This document shows positions 1 to 10,872 of a stretch of 59,482 nucleotides of DNA, piece by piece; position 1 is the stretch's first letter, and every line of letters begins with the position of its first letter. The translations under genes were made by a program, and so were the position numbers. The stretch lies in NCBI GenBank assembly GCA_965659815.1, contig CBFHXO010000001.1, positions 1 through 59,482 of the forward strand, in the 5' to 3' direction. The notes beneath the pieces are model-generated. The model was not told the DNA's origin. It saw only the letters and a list, made by a program, of their open reading frames with translations, and searched no databases. The DNA is from Pseudomonadales bacterium (lineage in GTDB: Bacteria; Pseudomonadota; Gammaproteobacteria; Pseudomonadales; UBA7434).

Positions 1-49
1 AACCCAGGCTTAACTACCGGGAATAATGCCCTGATGCCCCATTTATCCG

Positions 50-78
50 CTTTATTGTGCTGGTCGCTTGTGTATAAT
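50..78 (+). promoter_or_regulatory. candidate sigma70 promoter for typA (extended -10)
   Basis: TGTATAAT (TGn + TATAAT) at 71-78, about 55 nt upstream of the likely typA start. The -35 region around 50-55 is weak (CTTTAT). Sequence pattern only. Confidence 0.3.
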
Positions 79-134
79 CGCGCGCTGCTTATTCTCTGGG
101 CCCCTAACCAATGCCCGCCCTTGGGAGAACTTTT

Positions 135-1970
135 GTGACCGACCAGCTTCATACACAACAGCTGCGCAATATCGCCATTATTGCCCACGTTGACCACGGT
201 AAAACCACCCTGGTTGATAAGCTGCTCGAGCAATCCGGCACGCTAGACCGTCGTGACCAGGGCACCGAGCGCATTATGGACTCCAATGACCAGGAGAAAG
301 AACGCGGCATTACTATTCTGGCCAAGAACACCGCCATCAACTGGCGAGATCACCACATTAATATCGTCGATACGCCAGGACACGCCGATTTTGGCGGCGA
401 GGTCGAACGCGTATTGTCGATGGTAGACTCAGTGCTGCTATTAGTCGACGCCGTTGACGGCCCTATGCCACAAACCCGCTTTGTTACCCAAAAAGCATTT
501 GCCCGCGGCTTAAACCCGATTGTTGTCATTAATAAAATCGACCGCCCCGGCGCCCGCCCCGACTGGGTCATGGACCAGGTGTTCGATTTATTCGATCGAC
601 TCGGCGCCACCGATGAACAACTCGATTTTCCTGTGGTTTACGCCTCGGCGCTTAACGGCATTGCCGGCATGGACGAAAACGATTTAAGCGATGATATGAC
701 ACCGCTGCTGCAACTGATTCTCGATCATGTGCAGCCACCACAAGTCGATGCCGACGGCCCGTTTCAAATGCAGATCAGCGCACTCGACTACTCAAGCTAT
801 GTCGGCGTCATTGGCGTCGGTCGCGTAACGCGAGGGCGCATCAGCCGCAACACGCCGGTTACCGTTATCGATGCCAACAATGAAACCCGCTCAGGGAGAG
901 TGTTAGAAATTCTTGGCAATCTCGGTGTAGAACGAGTACCCGTTGAAGAGGCAAGCGCTGGCGATATTATTTGTATTACCGGTATCGATGGCTTAAACAT
1001 TTCAGATACTTTGTGCTCGCCAGACACGGTTGAAGCACTGCCATTGCTAACCGTCGACGAGCCCACGGTTTCGATGACCTTTCAAGTTAACGATTCACCG
1101 TTTGCAGGGCTCGAAGGCAAATATGTTACCAGCCGCAATATTAAAGAACGCCTCGATCGCGAGCTACTGCATAACGTTGCACTTAAAGTAGAACAAGGCG
1201 ACTCGGCCGATAAGTTTATCGTCTCTGGCCGTGGCGAGCTGCATTTATCGGTGTTAATAGAAACCATGCGTCGTGAAGGCTTTGAGCTAAGCGTAGGTCG
1301 GCCGGAAGTGGTGCAACGCGTAGTCGATGGTGTGATTGAAGAGCCTTATGAATCCGTCGTGGTCGACTGCGAAGAGCAACACCAGGGCTCGGTTATGGAA
1401 GCACTGGGCTTACGCAAAGGCGACTTGCAGGATATGGTGCCAGACGGCAAAGGACGCGTGCGGCTTGATTATATTATTCCCGCGCGTGGGCTTATTGGTT
1501 TTCGCTCAGAGTTTTTAACCATGACCTCCGGTAGCGGCATTTTAACTTCGGTGTTCGATCACTACGGCACGGTTAAAGTGGGCGAAGTCCAGTCGCGCAA
1601 CAACGGTGTACTCATTAGTAATGTTAAGGGCAAAACACTGGCCTATGCGCTGTACAATCTGCAAGACCGCGGCCGCTTGATGATTGAAGCCAATGTCGAC
1701 GTTTACGAAGGCCAGGTAGTGGGCATTCATAGCCGCGGCAATGACTTAACCGTTAACCCCACCAAAGCCAAACAGCTTACCAATGTTCGCGCATCGGGTA
1801 GTGATGAAGCCACTATCCTCTCGCCACCAATCAAATATACACTCGAGCAGGCATTGGAATTTATCGAAGATGACGAACTGGTAGAGGTCACGCCCGAGTC
1901 GATTCGTATACGCAAAAAACTGCTGCTTGAACACGAGCGCAAGCGCGCCTCCCGCCCCGCCAAAGAGTGA
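135..1970 (+). CDS. typA: translational GTPase TypA/BipA
   Basis: ORF 111..1970. Motifs [32 protein letters not shown] and NKIDR with an EF-G-like domain layout. GTG at 135 is preferred because GGGAGA lies 6 nt upstream, whereas ATG at 111 has no SD and gives an unusually long N-terminus. Confidence 0.93.
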   Translation: MTDQLHTQQLRNIAIIAHVDHGKTTLVDKLLEQSGTLDRRDQGTERIMDSNDQEKERGITILAKNTAINWRDHHINIVDTPGHADFGGEVERVLSMVDSVLLLVDAVDGPMPQTRFVTQKAFARGLNPIVVINKIDRPGARPDWVMDQVFDLFDRLGATDEQLDFPVVYASALNGIAGMDENDLSDDMTPLLQLILDHVQPPQVDADGPFQMQISALDYSSYVGVIGVGRVTRGRISRNTPVTVIDANNETRSGRVLEILGNLGVERVPVEEASAGDIICITGIDGLNISDTLCSPDTVEALPLLTVDEPTVSMTFQVNDSPFAGLEGKYVTSRNIKERLDRELLHNVALKVEQGDSADKFIVSGRGELHLSVLIETMRREGFELSVGRPEVVQRVVDGVIEEPYESVVVDCEEQHQGSVMEALGLRKGDLQDMVPDGKGRVRLDYIIPARGLIGFRSEFLTMTSGSGILTSVFDHYGTVKVGEVQSRNNGVLISNVKGKTLAYALYNLQDRGRLMIEANVDVYEGQVVGIHSRGNDLTVNPTKAKQLTNVRASGSDEATILSPPIKYTLEQALEFIEDDELVEVTPESIRIRKKLLLEHERKRASRPAKE

Positions 1971-1989
1971 GTCGCCAAAGAGTGATTGC

Positions 1990-2427
1990 ATGAAAGCATT
2001 AATCCAGCGAGTAAAATCTGCCAGCGTTGCTGTTAACCAGCAAACCATTGGCAGCATTGATCAGGGCTTGCTGGTACTGCTTGCAGTTGAAAAAGCCGAT
2101 ACGCTCCAGTGCATCGAAAAAATGGCGCATAAGCTTTTGCATTACCGCGTCTTTAGTGACAGTAACGATAAAATGAACCTGAATGTACAGGATATCAATG
2201 GCGGCTTATTGGTGGTTTCACAGTTTACGCTGGCAGCCGACACTGATAAGGGCCTGCGGCCCAGTTTTTCAAGCGCTGCCGACCCGGCCATGGCCAACGA
2301 CTATTACCTGCGCTGTGTAGAGTTATTAAGAGCCTCAACGCTCAAGGTTGAAACCGGTGAGTTTGCCGCCGATATGCAAGTATCGCTGGTAAACGATGGC
2401 CCAGTGACATTTATGCTCAACACATAG
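1990..2427 (+). CDS. dtd: D-aminoacyl-tRNA deacylase
   Basis: MKALIQRV...SQFTLAADT...[17 protein letters not shown] is collinear with E. coli Dtd (145 aa). The ORF-track start at 1927 overlaps the typA tail and is probably spurious. Confidence 0.93.
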   Translation: MKALIQRVKSASVAVNQQTIGSIDQGLLVLLAVEKADTLQCIEKMAHKLLHYRVFSDSNDKMNLNVQDINGGLLVVSQFTLAADTDKGLRPSFSSAADPAMANDYYLRCVELLRASTLKVETGEFAADMQVSLVNDGPVTFMLNT

Positions 2428-2468
2428 CCGTTTCTTTTACATCACCTCAAAGATGGTGCACCCATTAC

Positions 2469-2678
2469 ATGCTGTAAGCCATTACCGGTTATCATAAAGA
2501 CGAACAAGACCACTGGGTGGCTGAGCTTGCCTGTGGCCACAACCAGCATGTGCGGCACAAACCGCCATGGAGCAACCGGCCCTGGACACAAACCCAGGCT
2601 GGCCGTGACTCACTGCTGGGACACGAATTAAATTGCGTACTTTGCGATACTGATAAAACAATAAGTGGCATTACGTAA
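2469..2678 (+). pseudogene. DUF3565-like small protein gene interrupted by TAA at codon 3
   Basis: Hand translation gives ML*AITGYHKDEQDHWVAELACGHNQHVRHKPPWSNRPWTQTQAGRDSLLGHELNCVLCD... HWVAE and CGH-QHVRH-PPW are the family signatures as I recall them. The stop is at 2475-2477. There is no alternative start before the conserved HWV. Confidence 0.55.
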
Positions 2679-2700
2679 AACGCCGCAAAGGAAAACCATT

Positions 2701-2964
2701 ATGAATTCACCCACCATGCGCGACAAGTTAGCACTGGAGCGAACCCAGTTAGCTAACGAGAGAGCCTTTTTAGCTTTTGTCTGAACCGCGCTTTCGCTGA
2801 TTGCCGGTGCGATGGTATTGCTGCAGTTTTTTCCCAGCCAATCGGCCTACCTGACCATTGGCTGGAGTCTATTAGGCATGGGCGCGCTGGTGCTTATTTT
2901 TGGCATTGCACGCTTCGCACATGTAAAAAAGCGACTTGCAATAGAAAGTCAAAACGCAAACTAA
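2701..2964 (+). pseudogene. DUF202 (YidH-like) small membrane protein gene with in-frame TGA
   Basis: MNSPTMRDKLALERTQLANERAFLAFV*TALSLIAGAMVLLQFF...LLGMGALVLIFGIARFAHVKKRL... The LANER-FLA-[R]TAL signature has TGA (2782-2784) exactly at the conserved Arg position. AAGGA SD lies 8 nt upstream of the ATG. Two predicted TM segments follow the stop. Confidence 0.65.
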
Positions 2965-2978
2965 CTAAACACCAACGC

Positions 2979-4544
2979 TTACAAATCACCCGCGTGCTTC
3001 ATCACGTGATATAAATAATTTTGCTCTATTACGCCCGTCAATAAATGTGCCCAGGGGCCCTGGGCATACACCGCAATATCATCGCCCGCATGAGTTTCGG
3101 TGCGCAGTGGCACCCCTGCCTCCTGGTGGTAGTGCGGCGCTTGTGGGTCATCATCAACCGTTGTCTGACGCCCATTCGACGGCGGACTCATAAATCGCGC
3201 AAAGGGATTGTCACCATCGTAAGGCTCGTTAAAGTAGCCAGGACCATTGGCATAAGACAAGGTCGTATACGGCTTTTTATCACTGGCCAACGACACATCG
3301 TCGTTTGGCTCACCGTTATCATCATTTCCTTTAACAAATCCCAAAATGGGATTGCCACGGGTGGGGTAGCCGGCAATTGTCATGGTATGACTATGATCGG
3401 CGGTGACAATCATTAACGTTTCATCTAAATCAACCTGGGCCGCCACCTGATTTACCGTGTAATCGAATTCAAGCATTTCTTCCAGCGCACGGTATGCGTT
3501 ACCAATATGATGCGCATGATCGATACGGCCGGATTCAACAATTAATAAAAACCGGTCTTGTTTTTTTAGCAGCGCAAGCGCCGTTGCAACCATCTCCGAA
3601 AGTGCCGGCTGGTCTTGCGCTTCGTTTAATACCCGATCGGCTTCAAAATCCAAATGCGAATCGGCAAACAAACCCAGCAGATGCCGCGTTTTTTTGGTAT
3701 CAACGGCTTTCAGTTCAGTTGCATTGCTAACATATACTGATTTTTTATGCCTGGCCTGCCACTCGTCTATCAGGTTGCGACCATCACGCCTGCCGGCAGA
3801 TTCTCTGCCAGGCTGCGCTTGCACATCGCCGGTCTGCGGTAAAAAAAACTGCCTGCCGCCACCCAACACCACTTCAATACCATTGCCATAATCAAAATCA
3901 ATTAACTGGCCGGCAATATCTTTACAGCCGCTCGCAATGGCGGCCTCACTCATGGCTGCATCGGACTCCCAGTTGCGTTCTGGCGTATGCGCATAAGCGG
4001 CGGCAGGTGTTGCATGTGTTACCGATGTCGTAGTGACGATGCCGGTAGCCCAACCCTGGTCTTCTGCCTGCTCTAATAAAGTTTTTAAGTTGTAACCACG
4101 ACAGCTTTCGGGGTCTGCGCGTCTGGCCTGGGTATTAACACTGACAACACCCGCTTTTGTTTTTGAACCTGTGAGCATGGCTGTCATGGTACCGGCCGAA
4201 TCGGGTGTTTGCTGATTGGTATTATAGGTTTTAACCAAACCGGCATAAGGAAATCGCTCAAACGAGAGTTGATGCTCCTCACCGGCCTGACCATTTTTTT
4301 GGCCCGCATAGATTCTACCAGCTGTCACGGTTGGCACACTCATTCCATCACCAACAAAAAGAATAATACCCTTGGCTTCTTTAGTATTATTTTTTTGTTT
4401 AAGCGCCTGCTGTAACTGGGTTTTTGCATGATCGTAACTACCGGGCGAGTAGTGATTACCGACATCGCCTGAGCATGCCGTCAAGATCAATAGCAGTAGA
4501 ATCGGTAACGCTTGTAAAGATAAACTTGAAACTGCTTTTTTCAC
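2979..4544 (-). CDS. alkaline phosphatase (PhoA family), predicted lipoprotein
   Basis: Motifs VGDGMS, TDSAGTMTA (Ser nucleophile), DHAHH and VTADHSH. N-terminal LLLLILTAC lipobox-like signal. Confidence 0.9.
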   Translation of the reverse strand: MKKAVSSLSLQALPILLLLILTACSGDVGNHYSPGSYDHAKTQLQQALKQKNNTKEAKGIILFVGDGMSVPTVTAGRIYAGQKNGQAGEEHQLSFERFPYAGLVKTYNTNQQTPDSAGTMTAMLTGSKTKAGVVSVNTQARRADPESCRGYNLKTLLEQAEDQGWATGIVTTTSVTHATPAAAYAHTPERNWESDAAMSEAAIASGCKDIAGQLIDFDYGNGIEVVLGGGRQFFLPQTGDVQAQPGRESAGRRDGRNLIDEWQARHKKSVYVSNATELKAVDTKKTRHLLGLFADSHLDFEADRVLNEAQDQPALSEMVATALALLKKQDRFLLIVESGRIDHAHHIGNAYRALEEMLEFDYTVNQVAAQVDLDETLMIVTADHSHTMTIAGYPTRGNPILGFVKGNDDNGEPNDDVSLASDKKPYTTLSYANGPGYFNEPYDGDNPFARFMSPPSNGRQTTVDDDPQAPHYHQEAGVPLRTETHAGDDIAVYAQGPWAHLLTGVIEQNYLYHVMKHAGDL

Positions 4545-4597
4545 GGCTATATACCTGCAATAAACGCTTACTAAAACAAATTGTGTGAACTAAAAAT

Positions 4598-5980
4598 CTA
4601 TAGGTGCGTTTCGGCAAACGCAGCCAGCCGACTGCGCTCTACACCATTAACATGCATAATAGCCGCATGCTCAAAGTATTTACTTTTTTCTACTAAATAG
4701 GTTAGACCCGAGGTCAACGGCGAAATATATTTGTTATCAATTTGCGCTAAATTGCCCAACACGACAATTTTTGAATTGCTGCCTACACGGGTAATAATGG
4801 ATTTAAGCTGAAACTGAGTTAAACCCTGCGCCTCGTCAATAATAATATAAGCATTGTTAAACGAGCGGCCACGCATAAAGTTAAGCGACTTAAACTGAAT
4901 GTTGGCACGCTCTTTAATATATTCAATAGTGCCCTTAGCATTCTCATCACTGCCGTGCAAAACCTCAAGGTTGTCGTCGAAAGCCGCCAACCAGGGTGCC
5001 ATTTTTTCTTCTTCGGTACCGGGCAAAAAACCTATATCTTCGGCCATCGGTGGCGTTGAACGGGCAACAATAATTTTATCAAAGCGCTTTTCTTCCATGG
5101 TGGCATGCAAGCCATAGGCAAGCGCAATTAGTGTTTTACCCGAACCTGCCGGGCCGGTCATCACCATCATATCAACATCTTCGCGCTGAATTAAATGAAA
5201 CGCCATGGCCTGCTCAAAGTTGCGTGGATGCAAACCCCATAAGTTCTGCTGCATCAACTTGTCGCGCTCGAGGTGCTGAATTGATACCGTTTTATCATTC
5301 ACATTTCGCACATAGCCGGCAAACTGCTGCTCGTCAAATATCAGCATGTTGGGGTAGGCGTCGGGGGTGTAACCACGATTCAGTTTATGAATCACCTCTC
5401 CCCCCGCTATATGTTCGGTGTCAACATCATCAACCTGTGACCAGAAATCACCTTCGTACTGTTCATAACCGGTGGCCATTAAGGTGATATCCTCAACGAC
5501 CTTGTCTTTTTTGTAGTCCTCAACGTTTTCCAGCCCCGAGCCTTTGGCCTTTAAACGCATATTGATATCTTTGGTAACCAGGCAAACGCCTGGGTTGGCG
5601 TTTTGTGCCTGCAAATGCAACGCCACATTGATAATGCGGTCGTCATTGTAATGATGGACCGGGTTATTGAGCAGCGGTATTTTCTGCGAATGCTCAATCA
5701 ATTGGTCAGGAAATATCGCCAGCGTGCCTTTTTTCTCTAACGTACTGGGAATTTCTACACCGCTTTGAATGGCTTTTGGCGATGCGTTCTCAAGAATACT
5801 ATCGATGGCGTTAATTGCTATTCGGGCTTCGCGACTCACATCTTTATCGCGCCGGTCTTTAATCGCATCCAGCTCTTCAAGCACCGTCATGGGTATGACA
5901 ACCTGGTGCTCATTAAATGCATGCACAGCCATTGGGTCATGCAACAACACATTGGTATCCAATACAAACTGTTTTGTCAT
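4598..5980 (-). CDS. PIN domain + PhoH-like ATPase (PhoH2/YlaK type)
   Basis: N-terminal PIN (FVLDTNVLLHDP). C-terminal PhoH with Walker A GPAGSGKTLIA and IIIDEAQ. Lies 53 nt upstream of the phosphatase gene on the same strand. Confidence 0.88.
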   Translation of the reverse strand: MTKQFVLDTNVLLHDPMAVHAFNEHQVVIPMTVLEELDAIKDRRDKDVSREARIAINAIDSILENASPKAIQSGVEIPSTLEKKGTLAIFPDQLIEHSQKIPLLNNPVHHYNDDRIINVALHLQAQNANPGVCLVTKDINMRLKAKGSGLENVEDYKKDKVVEDITLMATGYEQYEGDFWSQVDDVDTEHIAGGEVIHKLNRGYTPDAYPNMLIFDEQQFAGYVRNVNDKTVSIQHLERDKLMQQNLWGLHPRNFEQAMAFHLIQREDVDMMVMTGPAGSGKTLIALAYGLHATMEEKRFDKIIVARSTPPMAEDIGFLPGTEEEKMAPWLAAFDDNLEVLHGSDENAKGTIEYIKERANIQFKSLNFMRGRSFNNAYIIIDEAQGLTQFQLKSIITRVGSNSKIVVLGNLAQIDNKYISPLTSGLTYLVEKSKYFEHAAIMHVNGVERSRLAAFAETHL

Positions 5981-6488
5981 TGGGCGATCTTGCCTCTTGT
6001 CATTTTACGCATTGATTCAACTGATGAACCATGACAATTTTATTCGGATTGCCAGCAGGCAGAACCGATTGCATGATTAAATTCATTAACGAGTAATTAT
6101 AGAATTGCGAGGTGATAGCAAGTGACCTTGGCAATTGAATCACCGAAAAGGCGAACGGCATGGAATCACAGCTTCCATGATAGGGCAGTTGTCGATGCCT
6201 TGGCAGCATGCAATGAATTAATGACCTGGCGTGCAAGCATATACGCTCGCTTAGACCAGCTACACCGCCACTAATAAACGCAGTTTTTGTTTTTTTATAC
6301 AGACATCGGAAAACCAAATCGATAATCGTGTCAGACAACCGTACCACTCCAGTAACTGAAGGGTAAGTGTGATTGTTATTCAGAAAAAAGTCCAGAGCTA
6401 AAAACACAGAGCAGCAAAAAATTTTTTCACCTAACACCGCAGCCGTAGCAGCAGCTTAGTTAAACATTTGCGCTAAAAACCAATATGT

Positions 6489-6893
6489 TTATTCGCTATT
6501 TTCAGTTAAACAAACTCGGATATAGGCTCGTTTGTTGTACTTTCCTGCCAGCTTTGAGCTAAGGTCAATCATGCGCATTTGCCAGCCGTACTTTTTTACC
6601 AGCGCGGCCTGGGCCAGCGCTATTTCTTCGGGCGTGTGCAAAATAGTTGAAGCGCTATTATGCCAGTCCCCCAGTACTTTGCCGGTCCCGGTACAGGGCG
6701 CAATACGCGAGCGCGCCGAATTTCGCAGCCGCTTCACCTTGCCGGCCTCGCCCGCTGAAAAAATATAGTAACATTGCCGACCTTGCTGATCGATATCCTC
6801 AGTATCGCCAGCAAACCATACCGGCGTCTCAACGGCCTTGCCGCTTTTTCGAAAGGTGGCAAAGCTAATATATGCTGCTTCTTGTAAATTCAT
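6489..6893 (-). CDS. PPOX-class (pyridoxamine 5'-phosphate oxidase-like / F420-type) small protein
   Basis: ISFATFRKSGKAVETPVWFA...YIFSAGEAGKVKRLRN..R matches the PPOX-like split-barrel family pattern. Start set at MNLQEA (M19 of ORF 6489..6947); the upstream ATGs remain possible. Confidence 0.6.
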   Translation of the reverse strand: MNLQEAAYISFATFRKSGKAVETPVWFAGDTEDIDQQGRQCYYIFSAGEAGKVKRLRNSARSRIAPCTGTGKVLGDWHNSASTILHTPEEIALAQAALVKKYGWQMRMIDLSSKLAGKYNKRAYIRVCLTENSE

Positions 6894-7135
6894 TATTGTT
6901 TTCCACATACGCTGGCGTGTGAGCAAATAGTTGATACCAACCTGCATATTACCACCATAAAATGCAGCGATGTTGATGCGAAGGCAGACTATTTCTGAGA
7001 CAATTTAAACCTGATCTAATAACAAGCCAGCGAGTCGCTGCAGCCGTTAAATAACCAACATGGCCTGCAAGCTCCAGCGATAACCCAGGCTGGCGTTACA
7101 GCTATCATTAACCAGGCAATGAGATACTGCATTTT

Positions 7136-9409
7136 ATGACCGATACCTCTTCAGGCTCAGCCGGCAGCTCCGATAATTTTGATGTAGAACAGCTATCGAT
7201 AAAGGAATATGCCGAGAAAGCGTATCTGGATTATTCGATGTATGTCATTCTCGACCGCGCACTACCCCATGTTGGCGATGGCTTAAAACCTGTACAACGG
7301 CGCATTATTTACGCCATGTCTGAACTGGGCCTTAAAGCCTCATCCAAATATAAAAAATCTGCTCGCACCGTGGGCGATGTGATCGGTAAGTTTCATCCTC
7401 ATGGCGATAGCTCGGTATACGAAGCCATGGTGCTAATGGCGCAGTCGTTCAGCTACCGCTATCCGTTGGTCGATGGCCAGGGCAACTGGGGCTCTACCGA
7501 TGACCCTAAATCCTTTGCGGCCATGCGCTATACCGAGTCCAAGCTGACCCAGTATGCCGATGTATTGATGTCCGAAGTCTCCCAGGGCACGGTTGACTGG
7601 CAACCCAATTTTGATGGCACCTTGCTTGAGCCGGTAATTTTGCCGGCTCGCGCCCCGAATATTTTATTAAACGGCACTACCGGTATCGCAGTCGGTATGG
7701 CCACCGATATACCTCCGCACAATCTTCGCGAAGTGGTTGCCGCCTGCATACAGATGCTCGACAAACCCAAGTCAACCACGGCCGACTTGTTTAAGCATAT
7801 TAAAGGGCCCGACTATCCGACCGATGCGGAAATTATTACACCACCCGAAGCTATTCTTGAAACCTACGAAACCGGCAAAGGCAGTTTAAAAATGCGTGCC
7901 GTATACGAAACGGAGCAAGGTGATATTGTCGTTACCGCACTGCCACATCAAGTATCGGGTGCTAAAGTGTTAGAGCAAATTGCCGCGCAAATGCAGGCCA
8001 AGAAATTACCGATGGTGGTTGATTTACGCGACGAGTCCGATCACGAGAATCCCACCCGGCTGGTTATTGTACCCAAGTCTAACCGGGTTGATATTAAGGC
8101 ATTGATGTCGCATTTGTTTTCAAGCACCGATTTAGAGCGCAATTATCGAATTAACCTGAATATGATTGGCGTTGACGGCCGACCGCAGGTTAAAAACCTA
8201 GCGGTTATTTGCAAAGAGTGGCTGGTATATCGCAAAGACACGGTGCGCAAGCGGCTAGAGTACCGCCTGGAGAAAATTCTTAATCGGCTGCACTTGCTCG
8301 ACGGCTTGTTAATTGCGTTTTTAAACCTCGACGAAGTGATACACATTATTCGTACTGAGGATAAACCCAAAGAAGTATTGATGAAGCGCTACAAGTTAAG
8401 CGAAGCGCAAACCGATTATATTCTCGATACTCGTTTACGACAGTTAGCCCGATTGGAAGAAATGAAAATCAAAGGCGAGCAAGAGGAACTTAGCAAAGAG
8501 CGCGACGATATTGAAAAAACGCTGGGTTCTGATGCGCGGATGAAAACGCTTATTAAGAAGGAGTTGCAAGCAGTAGCCGAGGAGTACGGCGACGACAGAC
8601 GCTCGCCACTGGTCGCGCGTGAAGAAGCGGTTGCTTATAGTGAAGATGATATTACCTCGGTAGACCCGGTAACTATTGTACTATCCGAAAAAGGCTGGAT
8701 ACGCGCAGCCAAAGGTCACGATATAGATCCCGCAGCATTAAACTACAAAAGTGGTGACGGCTTTAAGCTGGCCACTAAGGGCAAGTCAAATCAGTCGGTG
8801 GTCTTGCTCGATTCGACGGGTCGTAGTTATTCGGTGCCAGTTCGCACCCTGCCCTCAGCACGCGGTCAAGGCGAACCACTAACAGGAAAAATCAGCCCCC
8901 CATCGGGCGCCACCTTTGAAGGTGTGATGATAGGCGCCAATACCGACAAGTACTTACTGGCCACCGATGCCGGTTATGGTTTTGTTGCGCATCTTGGTGA
9001 TATGCATGCCAATAAAAAAGCCGGTAAAACGCTATTAAGCATACCCAAAGGTGGGCGTGTGATTGCACCCGCTGCTATCGATGACATGGACAATGGGCTG
9101 TTGGTATCAGTGAGCAATGAAGGTCGAATGCTCATTTTCCCCATTGCCGATCTGCCAGTAATGGCGCGGGGCAAGGGCAATAAAATTATGAACATCCCCA
9201 GCGCTAAACTCGCCACCCGCGATGAATATATGCTAGCTATTGCGGTTATGCGTAAGGAAGACAGCCTGGTCATTTATGCCGGCAAGCGTCATCTCAAAAT
9301 GAAATTTGCCGACCTTGAGCATTATATGGGTGAGCGCGCGCGCAGGGGTAACAAGCTACCCAGAGGGTTTCAAAAAGTCGACTCGATTGCTGTTGAAGCC
9401 AAAAACTAG
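7136..9409 (+). CDS. parC: DNA topoisomerase IV subunit A
   Basis: [32 protein letters not shown] and [10 protein letters not shown] (catalytic Tyr region). 757 aa, collinear with ParC. Confidence 0.95.
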   Translation: MTDTSSGSAGSSDNFDVEQLSIKEYAEKAYLDYSMYVILDRALPHVGDGLKPVQRRIIYAMSELGLKASSKYKKSARTVGDVIGKFHPHGDSSVYEAMVLMAQSFSYRYPLVDGQGNWGSTDDPKSFAAMRYTESKLTQYADVLMSEVSQGTVDWQPNFDGTLLEPVILPARAPNILLNGTTGIAVGMATDIPPHNLREVVAACIQMLDKPKSTTADLFKHIKGPDYPTDAEIITPPEAILETYETGKGSLKMRAVYETEQGDIVVTALPHQVSGAKVLEQIAAQMQAKKLPMVVDLRDESDHENPTRLVIVPKSNRVDIKALMSHLFSSTDLERNYRINLNMIGVDGRPQVKNLAVICKEWLVYRKDTVRKRLEYRLEKILNRLHLLDGLLIAFLNLDEVIHIIRTEDKPKEVLMKRYKLSEAQTDYILDTRLRQLARLEEMKIKGEQEELSKERDDIEKTLGSDARMKTLIKKELQAVAEEYGDDRRSPLVAREEAVAYSEDDITSVDPVTIVLSEKGWIRAAKGHDIDPAALNYKSGDGFKLATKGKSNQSVVLLDSTGRSYSVPVRTLPSARGQGEPLTGKISPPSGATFEGVMIGANTDKYLLATDAGYGFVAHLGDMHANKKAGKTLLSIPKGGRVIAPAAIDDMDNGLLVSVSNEGRMLIFPIADLPVMARGKGNKIMNIPSAKLATRDEYMLAIAVMRKEDSLVIYAGKRHLKMKFADLEHYMGERARRGNKLPRGFQKVDSIAVEAKN

Positions 9410-9423
9410 CGGGAACTGCAATC

Positions 9424-10653
9424 GTGAGTGATGTGACATTAATTAAAATCACCGGGCCAGATAAGCCGGGCATTACCTTATCAGTTACTTCGCTGCTTGC
9501 CGAAGCTGATGTCAATATTCTTGATATTGGTCAGGCGGTTATTCACAATAAGTTATCGTTAGGCATATTGGCAGAAACGCCCGAGAACATCGATAAGCCG
9601 GGTTTATTTTCGCAATTAAATCGTGCACTTGAGCAGTTGGGGATGGCCATTGAATTTGATGGTGTTAGTCCGCACGAATATGAAGCCTGGACTCATGAGC
9701 AGGGCAAGCCGCGCCACATACTCACATTGTTAGTTAGAAAAGTGCAGGCCCGGCATATTAGTGCTGTAACGCAGCTGGTTGCCAGTCATGGATTGAATAT
9801 CGACAAAATCACTCGCCTATCAGGTCGAGTGCCATTAGACCACGGGCATGATCAATCCAAGGCTTGCGTTGAGTTTTCATTGCGCGGTTCGTTGCCTGAC
9901 GAAAAGCTGGTAAGAACTTCGATGTTAGAGCTTTCGAATACGCTGGATATTGATATCGCCTATCAAGAAGACGATATGTTCCGGCGTAATCGTCGACTCG
10001 TTGTATTTGATATGGACTCGACGCTCATTGAAGCTGAAGTCATTGACGAGTTAGCCAAGGTTGCGGGTGTTGGTGAACAGGTTGCAGCGATTACAGAAAG
10101 TGCCATGCGTGGTGAAATTGATTTTAATGAGAGTTTCACGCGCCGAGTTGGCTTACTCAAGGGACTGGATGAATCGGCGCTAACGAAGGTCGCTGAGCAA
10201 TTGCGGTTAACTGAGGGCACAGAAACCTTAATGGTCACTTTGCAACGGCTGGGTTATAAAACGGCGATTCTTTCAGGAGGTTTTACTTATTTTGCCAATC
10301 GCTTGCAGAAAAAACTTGGGTTTGATTATGTTTATGCCAATGAGCTGGATATTAGCGAAGGTGTTGTGACCGGTAAAGTTACTGGGAAAATTGTTAATGG
10401 TGATCGTAAGGCGGAGTTATTGAAGGATATCGCTCAGCGGGAGAATATTGCGTTGGAGCAAGTAATCGCGGTTGGTGATGGTGCTAATGATTTGCCAATG
10501 TTAAGTATAGCCGGGCTTGGGATTGCGTTTCGGGCGAAGCCCTTGGTTAAGGCCTCGGCGAGGCAGGCGATTAGTAATTTGGGGCTGGATAGTATTCTTT
10601 ATTTGTTGGGAATTAGTGACAGGGAGAGATTGGCAGCATACAAAGTGGTTTAG
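9424..10653 (+). CDS. serB: phosphoserine phosphatase SerB with N-terminal ACT-like domains
   Basis: GTG start. HAD motifs VVFDMDSTLI and GDGANDLPM. The N-terminal roughly 190 aa is an ACT-like duplication, as in long SerB forms. Confidence 0.9.
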   Translation: MSDVTLIKITGPDKPGITLSVTSLLAEADVNILDIGQAVIHNKLSLGILAETPENIDKPGLFSQLNRALEQLGMAIEFDGVSPHEYEAWTHEQGKPRHILTLLVRKVQARHISAVTQLVASHGLNIDKITRLSGRVPLDHGHDQSKACVEFSLRGSLPDEKLVRTSMLELSNTLDIDIAYQEDDMFRRNRRLVVFDMDSTLIEAEVIDELAKVAGVGEQVAAITESAMRGEIDFNESFTRRVGLLKGLDESALTKVAEQLRLTEGTETLMVTLQRLGYKTAILSGGFTYFANRLQKKLGFDYVYANELDISEGVVTGKVTGKIVNGDRKAELLKDIAQRENIALEQVIAVGDGANDLPMLSIAGLGIAFRAKPLVKASARQAISNLGLDSILYLLGISDRERLAAYKVV

Positions 10654-10872
10654 TTGGGTTGTTGGTGAGTTAAGCGTTTTGCTATTTTTCTAAATTGCTC
10701 ACAGCGTTGACTGCGCGGAGCGCCCTGCTGGGCATTCACCTTTTTCAGTAGCAAAAAAAAGTAACTGGGCTAAGGGATGTGAACACGGTTGTAGTATAAG
10801 ATAAACTAAAAGCAAAGCTCCACCAACTGTCCTACTGGGCAAAAACAGCACTCACTACCTGACCATCCCATA

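Noticed and set aside
2591-2603. 13-mer AACCCAGGCTGGC repeated at 2591-2603 and 7082-7094 (10-mer also at 1-10); considered as a REP-like element
   Set aside because: A rough estimate gives tens of chance 13-mer pairs in 59 kb. There is no flanking similarity or hairpin structure.
6020-6038. Possible Pho box (minus strand ATTGTCATGGTTCATCAGT) upstream of the PIN-PhoH / phosphatase unit, 12 nt before a TAAAAT -10
   Set aside because: Only the first half-site (TTGTCAT) resembles CTGTCAT. The second half matches 3 of 7 positions, which is too weak to call.
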